DNA from: Chromera velia
Lineage: Eukaryota
Reading direction: 5' to 3'
Length of the DNA: 58,229 bases
Assembly (NCBI GenBank): GCA_018398765.1
Contig: JAHBMJ010000051.1
Location: forward strand, 1 to 58,229
The notes under the pieces are model-generated. The model worked only from the letters and a program-made list of their open reading frames with translations, made no database searches and was not told the DNA's origin. Made by a program: the position numbers and the translations under genes. Below are positions 25,588-37,282 of this stretch, in pieces (the stretch's first letter is position 1; every line of letters begins with the position of its first letter).

Positions 25588-28500
25588 ATAGATCCGTCTA
25601 CTATCACTCCTGAGCTCATTCAGCAGCTCATTCAAACTCAACAGCAGCAGCAAGTTGAGATCCAGGCACTGCAGGTCCAAAACGGGCAGTTAACCCAACA
25701 GAATCAACAGCTGCACCAAGAGCTGATCAACCACCAGCAGACAGTTGTGACAGCACAACAAGGCGCCGCGGGGAACAGCCCCCCAGCGGCCGTGACGTCA
25801 AATTTGAAACCCAAGGAGCCGTTCACGTACGCAGGCAGTCGCAAACAACTCCCAGATTGGCTCCGTACGACAGAGAGATGGCTTCGCTTGTCGTGGGCAT
25901 CGGAAGCTGAGAAATGCAAAGCAGCATGTCAATACCTATCCTGTCCCCTGCAGAGGTGGTACGAGCTCGAAAACCTTCGAACGCCGTTCCAGGGGTGAGA
26001 GAATTTCAAAAAGAGGATTGGAAAGAAGTTCAAAGACCCAAATGCTCAGACATGTTTGCGAGAGGAAGTCCGAGCGATGAAATGTGGGAACAAGACAGTA
26101 CAGAAGTACACCGATGACTTCATAGAGAAGGCCATGCAAATTGAGGATGTCACAGAAGCCGACCTGCTGCACGACTACCTCAGGGGATTGCCAACTGACA
26201 TTCGTCTCACTGTGAAGCGTCGGGAAGTCACGGGAATTGAGGCCGTCATGACAGTGGCGGACGAGGAAGACCAATTGATCAGAGGTGAGCGCGCCGATAG
26301 GGGTGGGCATACGGTATAACAGCGCAACACGGATGGGCCTGCACCGATGGAAATAGATAGATTGTCACGCCTATACATCGTGCTATCGCACGAGCAGGTG
26401 CAGAGGCACATCAGAGAAGATAGATGTTTCAGCTGCCACCAACAGGGCCACCGGGCAAACAGGTGCCCAAAGTCCAACAACCGTCTCCTCCCCCAGCAGC
26501 ACCGAAACTTCCTATACCAGTCATTTCAGCAGCAACAACAGCAGCATCGAAATGCCCCTCCCCGCCTTGATAATCGGAATTTCAGGCATATGGGGGTCGG
26601 CAACCCTCTCATGCAACCTCAGAGTCCGGTGGTGCCCTCAGGCCTTGCACCTTCGCCCATGCAGCACCAGCAGATGTGGCAGCCTGCCGCATGTCCAGTC
26701 ACTGACTTCCCGCCAGGGTTATGGGGGTCGCGGCAGCAGAATCAGAATGCAGGCATGCAAAACGGCTACCCGTTTCGCAGATACTACTCCACGAAGACCT
26801 CCCGCGCACAGGGGAAGCTCATCCGCTTCCATGGTCGGTTGGCAGGGGTCCCGGTTCGCTGCCTGTACGATCCTAGGGCAGATTCCAACTTCTTTACCCA
26901 TTCCGTTGCCGAGTCGAACCGCTTCACTCTCTGGGATCTCGATGAGCCGACCGCATACAAGGGCGGGTTGAACGGGGAACCGCAGCTTCCGATTTCCTAG
27001 GAGGTCAAAGGCCTTCCCCTCTGTATCCAGGGCTTCAGCGCGCCTCTGAACCTCACAGTAGTCGATCTAGACGATGATTACGATGTTGTGTTGGGGATAC
27101 CCTTCTGTGAGGAATATATTCCTATCCCACATTACCGTGAGAAGGCCCTCACGATCCCCGCGTGTGAGTCACCGACCGGCAGAGACTTGCTCCTGCTTGA
27201 CAGCGAGGAGTACCCGGCAGAAGGGGAGGGGAAGGATTTTTTTAGCCAGAGAGAGCTCCGTCGGCTGATGAAGAGACCCAGTTCCCATGTGTATCTGTTC
27301 CACCTCGAAGCAGTGCGGAAGGGGGGGGTGAGTGATATGTTGGGGGTGTATTCCCTGCAGTCTGCCGGTAAGCCCGGAGACCCACCGCCCCTTTCATCTT
27401 TCCCTCCTGACCATCCTATCAATTCTTTGACCTACACAGGATTCCGAAAGGACCTTCAGAGCAAAGAAGTCCCACCCAGCGTCCGACTGGTTCTCAAAAA
27501 ACATTTTGATTGGTTCCCAGACGAGCTCCCGGGTCTCCCGCCCTACCGAAAGATTGAGTGTGAGATCAAGCTCGAGGCAGGGCACTCTCCTCCTGTGAGA
27601 GCACCCTACCGACTGTCATACGGTCAGCTTGACGAACTGAGACGGCAGTTGGACTCATACCTCAAGAAAGGGCACATCCGTCCTTTGACAAGTCCATACA
27701 CTGCGCCAGTCCTATTTGTACAGAAGGCAGACGGGACGCAACGGATGTGCATCGACTTCACAGGACTCAACAAGATCACAGTCCGCAACAAATTCCTCAT
27801 TCCTCACCCAGAAGAGCTGCTGAGTCGCCTCCATGGCGCGAAATTTTTCTCGTCTCTGGACTTACGGCAATACTTCCATCAGACAAGGATCAGGGAGGGA
27901 GATGAGGAGAAGACGGCATTTGTCACAAGCCGCACTCCGGAGGAGCATATCGAGCACATCAACCAAGTCTTTTCCCTTTTGAGGGAACACCAGCTCTACG
28001 TCAAGGTCTCTAAATGCGCATGGCTTCGGACAGAGGCGAAATTTTTGGGGTTGGTGGTTGATGAGAAGGGGATCAGACCAAGCCATGAGAAAATGCAAGG
28101 GCTCACTGAGTTCGCACAACCTACAGACCGCACTTCCCTGCACTAGTTTCTGGGACTAGCTAATTGGTTCCGCCGGTTTGTCCCGAGGTTCTCGTTTTTT
28201 GCGGGGCCAGGCCCTCTCACATTCCTCCTCCAAGGGAACGTCCCCTTCGAATGGAAGACTGCACAGTCGCGTGCGTTTGCTGAGCTGAAGAAGGCAGTAC
28301 AGGAGCATGCCACCCTTGCCCTCCCCAATCCCAACAAGCCAGTCATTCTGGTGCGTGACGCGTCGCAGTCTGCAGGAGCCATTGGGGCTGTCGCCCTCCA
28401 GAAGGACTGTGCAACCGGGAGATACTGCCCCCTCGCTTTCGGCTTCCACCGTCATCTACGGAAGCTAAGTACCCCGTCCGAGAGTTGGAATTTCTAGCGA

Positions 28501-30455
28501 TTGTGCATTTCACAAAGGTGTGGAGACACTTCCTATCTTCAGACTCCAAAATATGGACCGATCACCAGAGTCTCACAAATTTCAGCCACCGATCATTCGA
28601 ATTTTGCTCCCTGCGAGTCCGACGCTGGATTGAGTTCATCCAGGAGCTCGGCATCACTCCAAAATATATCCCAGGGAGAGTAAACATTGTGGTAGACGCC
28701 CTTTCCCGAAACCCTCCTGCCGCACGGCAGCTCATGCCGTCTCCCGCCAAGGTTTTTCGCATGGGTCATGCTCAGCGTCTACCTGTACGTCCCAGGCCTC
28801 TGCCAGAGGCTGTCCCGGTGTCTGTCCAGCCCGTTGGGTCTTTGGGGGCAGAGTACGCTGATCTGCCCGATTTGGTTCCTGAGATTGAGGAGAGCCAGAC
28901 TCCAGTTAGGGAGGGAGATGGGCAGCAGTCTTGGGTAAGGATGGAGTTGCAGAGTTTGACGGTCTCCGCCACACAGTCACAGGCATTCCTTGATGCCTGC
29001 AGGAGGGGATACTTAGCCAATCTCTTCTTCCACCCTGTCCTTTAGCATCTGTCACAGCAGCACCCACCCGCCCCCACCCCTGATTTTGCCCTTCGTTTGC
29101 GAGGCATGTCAATTCGTGCCGGTCTCCTATATTTTGAGGGGAATCGTCTCTGTGTCCCTAGATCTCAGCAAGGGACCGTGATGGCTAGGGTGCAGAGTCC
29201 CCTCCGTACGCTGCTCACTTTGGGACGGGGAAGACCTATCAGAAGGTGGCGTCATTGTACTACTGGCCCAAGATGTGGAGGTCAGTCGTTTCTTTTGTTT
29301 GCGCGTGCGATCGGTGTCAGAGAAGCAAGGGTCCCACTGCGGCCCACCCCGGGCTCCTGCAGCCCCTCCCTATCCCTTCACGCCCTTAGGAGTCGACTTG
29401 CATTGACCGCCTTACTGATTTGCCGCCTTCCGGTGATGAGGGGTTTGATCTAGGGTTTAATGCAATTCTGTGGTGCTTTGCCAGCTCATCAAGGCAGTCG
29501 TCTTGATTCCCACTCACAGCACAGCGGGAGCAGAGGAGACCGCACGAATCTACCGCCAGCACGTTTCGTGCAAGAAGGGCTTCCAGCGTCATATTATCCC
29601 CATTTTGTCGCCCGCTTTTGGCAGACCCTCCATGCCTCCAGCGGCTTAGAAGTCGATTTCGTGACTGCATCGCACCATGACACAGCGGGTGCCGCAGAGA
29701 GAATGAATCGCACCCTCGAGGAGGCTTTGCGGTGTCTGGTAGACACGAAGCACTCCCGGTGGTCTGAATTTCTGTGTGATGTGGAGTTTGCATACAATTC
29801 TTCTGTCCATGAGGGGACTGGTTTTGCACCCCTCACTCTCGATGGTGGGAAGTCCCCGTTTATCCCCCCTGCTCTCAATCTCCCAGTCTCAGTTGAACCT
29901 TCTTTTGACGCAAGGGAATTTCTGGAGGAGCATAGCCAGATGATCGCGGCAGCGAGAGATTCACTCCGCTCAGCCCAACAAGTCATGACCCGAAACGCTA
30001 ATCGCCGTCGGCGTCCCGCCGACAACATCCCAGTAGGAGATTACGTCCTGGTGCACCGCACGTGGTGGCCACGTCCTGTGGGGAAGGGGGAGGAATATGC
30101 CAAGAAACTTGATTCAGTTTGGTTCGGTCCGTTCGAAGTCAAGACCGTTCTGCCTCGAGACAATCTGGAGGTTGTTTTACCTGCTGGAAGCAGGAAGTAC
30201 CCTATCATTCACACATCGTTGTGCAAGCCTTACCGTCAGCCAAGTGGGGAGACTCGCCCCCCGTCTGTCCGCATGCCTGCTTGGGCCGAGGAGGAGTATG
30301 AAGTCGAGAAAATCCTTGCCGTCCGAGGGAGGGGCAAGGCCAAGCAGTACAAGGTTCTCTGGAGGGGATATCCATTGGAAGACGCATCATGGGAGCCCCT
30401 GTCGTCATTGAAGAATACAAAACAAGTGGTTGCCAATTTTCATGTTTTAGCCTGA
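25588..30455 (+). pseudogene. gag-pol: gag-pol pseudogene (Gag-PR-RT-RNaseH-IN-chromodomain)
   Basis: ORFs starting at 25747, 26056, 26347 and 27088 share one frame, split by TGA/TAA/TAG. The probable start has decayed to ATA, the RT lacks the YxDD segment, and there are frameshifts downstream. Confidence 0.92.
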
Positions 30456-30490
30456 GTGAGGCGTACAGGCTATGGGGGGGGGAGAGGGCA

Positions 30491-30810
30491 CGTTACGTTA
30501 TGGCTTGTACGGCGACTTGATCACCCGCCAAACTTGCTAGAACTGGGACTGGGAAACTAACTTCGCAATACTAAGCCCGGCCGGCATTAATTAAGTGTAC
30601 TAAGAGAATTAAGTGACAGACTGACAATACAGAGAAAGAAATAATAGACTTGCAATACAGAAATAAATAAAAGTATGCCGTATAGTCTTCGTCCACCTGT
30701 ATCGCTTGAATAGAGTCCTTGGAAGTGAACTCTGACTGACAGACTTAAGGAGGTAAGGTACGATAAGTCTCCAACTAGACTACGTTCTTAGTTTAGGAGG
30801 AAATCTGACG
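30491..30810 (+). repeat. 3' LTR of the gypsy element
   Basis: Follows the PPT; direct repeat of 25189-25508. Confidence 0.95.
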
Positions 30811-31336
30811 GAAAGACTCGATGGAAAGCCGAACTGGCTCTGCGTGTGAATCACCGTCCGCGGCGTCCGACGGTGTCGGCTTTCAAATTTGATTGTTGCC
30901 GCGCGCAGTGTTGTGAGAAATTTGATTTTGGTCCGCGAGGGCAGACGTCGACCAAACTCAAAGCTTCGGGTACTTTCCGGGGCCAACGGTGAAGTCTCGA
31001 GAACGGTATACCATCGAGAACCTCAAGTTCGCTTTCCGGGACCACGTACGTCACTCCTTCGTGCTCCCAATCACAATCCCGAAATTGAGTTCCCATTCTG
31101 TCTCGCATGATCAACCGCATCGACCGCCAGCCAGTTTCAGGAACACAGCTTCCCTTAAGTTTCACTTGGGAATGTCTGGACGATGCGCAGCCGGCCTCCT
31201 AATGTAACATAGGCCCACGTTGTCAAGCAGAGACGCGGCATTCGGAGACGGCAAACAAAGACCGCTTGATATTTGAATCCGTTTGTCAGTGTTCGTGCTA
31301 TTCTTTCACTATTTAACCTGCTGGACAGCTCCTAAG

Positions 31337-32213
31337 ATGCAGATGCCCTTCGATGTCGGAGAGGATTGCGTGGGGTCGTACAACTACTGTGACGACGACA
31401 ATGACCCGGAACCCAAACTCGACATTCCTCTTCTGATCAGGTGAGTCCTTCCCCTTTGCTCCTTTGCGTGTTGTGCGTGTGACTGTGCAGATTTGGCTTC
31501 GTGCGAGTGGGGACGAAGCCGTATGATGTTTGAGTGCGTGTCTCTGCTCCCCGGGTTGTTCTCTTCTTCTGGTAAGACTGTCTGCTCTCCGTTACTTTTT
31601 ATTCCCTGTCCCTTCCTCTGTTGGGTGGTGTAAGGCGGAATGAAGCAGCCACCGGGGAAATGAAACTCTCAAGGCTCTCCAGGAACAGCGCAAGGTCGTC
31701 AGCAACGGAATTCAGGGGTGCTGATTTGCTTCTTTTCTTTCTTTCCTCCTCGCTTTCCCTGCTCGTTTTCGCTCGTTTTGTTCGTTCTTTCCCCGATACC
31801 TGGTTTCTTCCCTCTACCCCCCGTTGTCTTCAGCCGTCCTGGCGCTCATCTGGCCTTCCGCCTGCCAAGATTTGTGGTGCAACACGACGAGAACGGCTAC
31901 GATAAACTGAAGAGAACCATCGCGGCGCACTTTCATGTGGACATCTCGCAAATCTTTCAGGTGAGGTAAAGACTCACAGGGCGGGAGGGTGAAAGGGGTT
32001 CTCGGGATGCTGGCGGTGAGAAAACCAGAATTCCGTAGAGCATTTCAGTTGTGCAAGATGATGCTTCAGCTTCTTGCTTCCATTCGGATGCGGCCGCAAA
32101 AATAAAAGTTCTTGGCATCAGACTTCATAGAGAGGGTGGAAAGTATCCGATGTTCTTGACTTCCCCCTTCTCTCTCTCTCTCTCTGTCTGTCTGTCTTGT
32201 GTGTATGCGTGTG

Positions 32214-32295
<82 letters not shown>

Positions 32296-34868
32296 TGTGT
32301 GTCTGTGTGTGCGTGTGAGAGAGAGAGAAACATCACAAACGTGTCCATGCAGATTCGAGTCCAGCAAGTCCTGGGAGAGCCGACGTGGGTTGAGTCTGAG
32401 GCCGACGTCTTGGCCCTCCAGGGTGTTGACACCGTCTTCGTGCGTATGGAGGGGGACAGGTTCGACATTGCTGCTCTGATGGAGTTTGAAGAGATCAGCC
32501 TCAGACCCCCAGAGGCACTCTCCACAGTTCGACAGGCCTCCATGAGTGACATTGCCTTCATCCCCAAATCCATCGGGCGGGGTCCGGTGTTCCACACCTA
32601 CAGGGGCGTGTGGAGGGACCTGGACGTGGCCGTGCGTCTGCCTCCCGATGCGGCAGTCGTCCTTGCGGGTGGCCACGCGTCACACGGCTTGAGCAACCAA
32701 CCTGCGATCGATAGGATGTTTCACCGGGAACTTCAGGTATGTGTGTCTGTCTGTCTGAAGGGCTGCCTCGAATGAGCTTTACTGATTTGCCACATTTTGC
32801 ATGCTCGGTTCTCTTCCGACTTGTTCTTTTGTTTGTTTTGAGCGGTAGAATGTTCTATGTGGACTGCAGACTGTGAGGCTGAGGAGACTATCGATCTATG
32901 TTCTTTCCCTTCCTTTGCTGCGTTTGATACTGCACAGGGCTCGCTATCCGTTAAAGTGCAGTCTTGATGTGTTCTTTTGATCTTCCAGCGTGCAAGCGGT
33001 GAAGTCTTTTCTTTTCTTTCTCGTCTCCTCTTCCACTTTCACCACCCATCAAACCATTCCCTCCCTCTGTCGGACCCCTCCATCCATCCGTCTCTCTTCT
33101 GTCATCGTATCTTCATTCTCCTCCCATGCACGTGCTGTTCCTTCCTTCCTCTCAGGTGCTCGCCAGCGTGCGCCACCCCCGAATCCTCAGCCTTGCCGCC
33201 GTGCTGACAACACCCGAAGAGGATTCCGTTGTCGCCATCCTCACCCACTTCGTGATCGGGAGATCTCTCGCAGACATCATCGCAACAGACCTCCAGACAG
33301 ACTTCGTGCATGTTCCCGTACACGAGGGCCATCTCGGCCTCGACTTGCCCTCTGTGCCCTCTCCAATTCCAGAGGTAAGCGAGCCAGGGCCCGCAAGAGA
33401 CCCCCACACTTTCAACGGATCCCCTTCCCCCACACCAACAGGCGGGGGCTCAGTGGTGGGAGAGGATCGTGGCCAGAGCCCACATACAGGTGGGGGCTGT
33501 CCTGTCGATATTCCCCGTCTCTCTTCGATGGACCCACACCCCACCCCCAGTTCTCGGCAGAGTCCGGCCCGTGAGGTCGGCAGGTACGGGTTTCGTCGGT
33601 CTTTGACTTGGCGGTGCCATTGGTCGACTCGGCACATGTTGCAGATTGCGTGTGACATTGCAGAGGGCATGTGTTATCTTCACGAGAGGGGAATCGTTCA
33701 TGGAAACTTGAAACCGACAAACATTTACGTTGATGCGGAATGTCGTGCGAGGGTGGGGGATTTTACTTTAGCTCGGTTAGGCAGTCAGTGGCGACTGAAG
33801 GGGGGGGAGGGGAGAGTGCCGGGTGGGTGGAGTTCTTCTGATTATGCGGGGGGGGTGGTGACTGTCGGATCTGCACGTTACATGGCGCCAGAGGTGTTGA
33901 GTGGGTGGGGGTCCACTGAGGAGGGGGGTCGTCGCGGGGATGTTTACTCTTTCGGTGTGCTGTTGTGGGAATTGTTGAACAAAAGGGAACCATGGGGGGG
34001 TCTGTCTGATGAAGAGGTGATTGATCTTGTGGGGTATCGGGGGCATCGTCTGCCAGTAGAGACGATTTTGGAGACTTGTGTGAGGGAACATAGATCTGAT
34101 GGGTTTGTCGCGATGGTCGCTGTTTGTAGTAGTTGTATGTGGCATGCGTTAGACCGCCCTTCGTTCAGTGAGATCCTCTCTGAGCTCCGTGTTGCTCTAG
34201 AGGCTGAGAAGGAGCAAGAGATGACTATCAAGCACGTGGCTTCAGTGCCAGGAAAATTGGGTGTCAACAGAAACATTCCGAAAGAACTAGAGAGCCTTGT
34301 CTCTCCTGCGCCTCGACCCGGACCTCCCCCCCCGCTTAGTCAGACTTTCGAGTTGACGCCCTCGAAACCTGAAAGAAGGGACAGTAGCGGGTCGAGAGGA
34401 CAGAGGGAAGGCATTTTAGAAACACCCAAACACGGACTGCCCCCCTCTCTTGAGGAGCTGAGAACCCCCGTTTCCTCCCGTGCTGGACAAAATCCTGCAG
34501 AGGGTCTGGGAGCAGATTCCCCTGCCGCTGCATTGAGCCATCTGATTGGAAAATTCCGTGAAAATTTGTTGCGTCGCGTCCGTCTCTCCCGAGCTAAATC
34601 GGGGTGTACCGACCGTGCGTCCGAGCGTCTCCTCTCAGACGCCGACCGTCTCTGCACCCTGACAGACCTCGCGAGGGTTCTGCACCGAGACGCGCCCCCC
34701 CGACAGCCGTCATCAGCAGCACGCCATGCAACGTCACCCCCCGTGGGGTTGGAGGGGGGGAGCGGGGCAAGGCTCGGATCTCTGACAGAAAGCCAGAGGG
34801 CTGCGGTGGAGAAGCTGAAGGCCATAAAGGCAGAACTGCAGGAGGAAGCGAAGGGGGGGGGGGAGTAG
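31337..34868 (+). CDS. Tyrosine-kinase-like (TKL) protein, probable pseudokinase; exons 31337-31440, 31870-31960, 32353-32736, 33156-34868
   Basis: Kinase-fold motifs IGRG..YRGVW, VAVR, FHRELQVLASVRHP, IAEGMCYLH, HGNLKPTNI, VGDFTLAR, GSARYMAPE, DVYSFGVLLWE, RPSF. The GT-AG junctions are phase-compatible. Confidence 0.85.
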
Positions 34869-35245
34869 GGTGACGAGGAAAGAGGGAGGCGGCTTGATTT
34901 TTCTTGACTGTTTGCCAGCATAGAGGATTGGAAGCAGAGAACGTTTTCATTCGTGTTTTTAATTGTACGTACGTGTCCTAGAATGGTTTCAGTGGATTCA
35001 GTTGCCAATAAAGGCTTTCAAAATCTTGGATTCAACGTCTTCTTTCTGTCGGCGGGAAGGAATGATTTTTCTAGTAATAGTTCTGATGAGAGCTTTCTTA
35101 CTATTCTAAATAGTTCTGATGCCTCAACTTGTCACGTGTATAAAGAAAACAAGTTTCAATAATGTGTAAATGCGTGACAGCCTAGGTGACAGCCTATAAA
35201 TATGTGTAAATATCTAGGGTACCATATAATATAGTCTACTACAGT

Positions 35246-36054
35246 CAGGGTTGCCGATTTTTTCGGCGGTAGACAACTTGAAACTTCATTACCGGTAACC
35301 GGTAATTACCGGTACAGTTTGCTGGCAGTCAGCAAAGACTTGGCAGAATTTTAACAGTCACTAACACTCCGTTATAGGTCAATCAATCAATTATAGGTGG
35401 CACAGTCCGGTCGCTCCGGCGCTTCTTTTTACAGTGGTGCGGTAGCCGCTAAGCCACATTCGCTCCTTCCTCTTCCCGTCTGAGACCACCCAGCCCTAGA
35501 CCCAGTGGCACTACGGGGGGAGCTCAAGGAGGCAATGTTTTTCTCGCTCCTCCCCTATCCTCCCCCCTCAGTAAACCGGACAGGGGCTGCATAAGTAGAG
35601 AAACGCAGTCTCAGTCACGCAGGCATACTATATCCTCGTTTTTTGCCCAGGGAGTAAAGAAATAGACTTTTACCGTCCTTTACTTTGATCGCTCTTAAAC
35701 GATGGCTCAAGGTCTGATATAGAGAAACAGAACAGTAGGAGATGGAACAGAGACGTTACAGAGTTAAGAAAAAAGGAGTAGCTGTTGGATAAAGCTGTTA
35801 AAACTTTATGTCACTTAGGGGTGAAACAGTTAAAATAATTGGAATTGTCAATAAATTAATGTGCCAATAAACACTTAAAAACATCTTTTTGAAGGTTTGT
35901 GCTGCAGGCGATTTTTTTTTTTTTGACCCTATAATTTTTATATTTTTTTTTAATCTGTAAAAGGAAGGGGCGGGCCCAGGTAAACTGAGGCCATTACCGG
36001 TTACCGGCAATTGTTGGTAGACTACATCTGTTACCAACCAGAAAAGTAACCTTA
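35246..36054. mobile_element. Decayed hAT-like non-autonomous element
   Basis: Left end CAGGGTTGCC; right end AGTAACCTTA (GGCAACCCTG with four transitions); 8-bp TSD ACTACAGT/ACTGCAGT; subterminal TACCGG/CCGGTA motifs near both ends. Confidence 0.6.
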
Positions 36055-37282
36055 ACTGCAGTCTAGACTACAGTCTAGCAGTCAGACAAACTTTGAAGTT
36101 AAACTGTAACTTAAACATACATAATAATCTCATATGGGTTCAGTAGTTGAAAGTGCATATTTATAATTACTTTATTTTTGTTTTATTCCAATTATTAATT
36201 GATTTCACTTGATTAATTCAATTTGATTGACTCATACGGAATTAACCCTAGAACGTCCTATTACACGGTCTTAAGTTACATTAAGTGGGATTTTGATATG
36301 TTTGAACTCAAGATTCGTAAGTATAGTACTAAAATTTTAGCTTATCACTTATAAACATTATACATACAATCAAATTTATATAGAATCTGAGTATCGTTAC
36401 GTTCCACTGCCGGCTAGACTGCCGGCTTTGCATGCATCTAAGCTAAATCCCAGGAGCCTTTGTTTCTTATACGAAATGCAGAGACCAGACTCTTCTGAAG
36501 GGAAAAAATGATCCAAAACACGTATACATATCACATCAGAGTCGATAGTACTCGATACTTTACGATACTTTATGCAATTAAGACGTCTGAATTAGTACAA
36601 AACTTTTGTACATTGTACAAGAATTGCAGAAGGTATAGCAGAACGTTTTAAATGGAATTTCAAACCTGCAAAAGATGCCAGTGCAATGTAAGAACATGTC
36701 ACAGAACTTGGAAAAGGAAGAAAGATGAAGACGGTCCTTAGACGGATTCACATAGGCGGCATGATAGGCCCGCAGTGCAAAGAAACACACGGGCAGATTT
36801 CAGCATATGCTTCTCGCACTGCAAAAGACTATGTGGCCCGCCTTCCTTTTTTCTATCCACCTCGGAGTACATGCATGGCCTCCAGTATCCTTTTCTGACC
36901 TTCGACATGCACAGAGAGAAGACATGCAGAAAGAGAATGGATTCAGGTATTTCAGTCCCCCATGCACGCACGCAGGAAAGACATTCATTACGCGTACAGG
37001 ATAAGATTGGGCTTTTGACATCTTCGACACGTCTGCAAACCTAGATGGCCCCTTTGACACAAAGTCTGGGAATGCATATACTACATCGATCTATTCCCCC
37101 AATTTTTCTGCCACAACATGCAGCGCACTTCAGGAAGTATGGCATTCAAGCTTCGTTTTCATGTACACGTGCAATGAGAAAGACTTCCTATCTTCCCTGA
37201 TCAGCAGACCTTCACACGACTTTGCTGATGCATTGGTCTGGCTACTGTGGAGTGACCACGCTCAATCAAGAGAAGAAGCAGG

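Larger units (their letters stand above)
25189..30810 (+). mobile_element. Ty3/gypsy chromovirus LTR retrotransposon with both LTRs, inactivated
   Basis: 320-bp LTRs, TSD AAAAG/GAAAG, PBS TGGTAGCAGCAGAGC at 25509, polypurine tract at 30474-30488. Gag with CCHC knuckle (CFSCHQQGHRANRC), protease remnant, RT (RMCIDF, FSSLDL), RNase H (RELEFLAIV, WTDHQSL), integrase (ERMNRTLE, WFGPF) and a C-terminal chromodomain. Confidence 0.97.
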
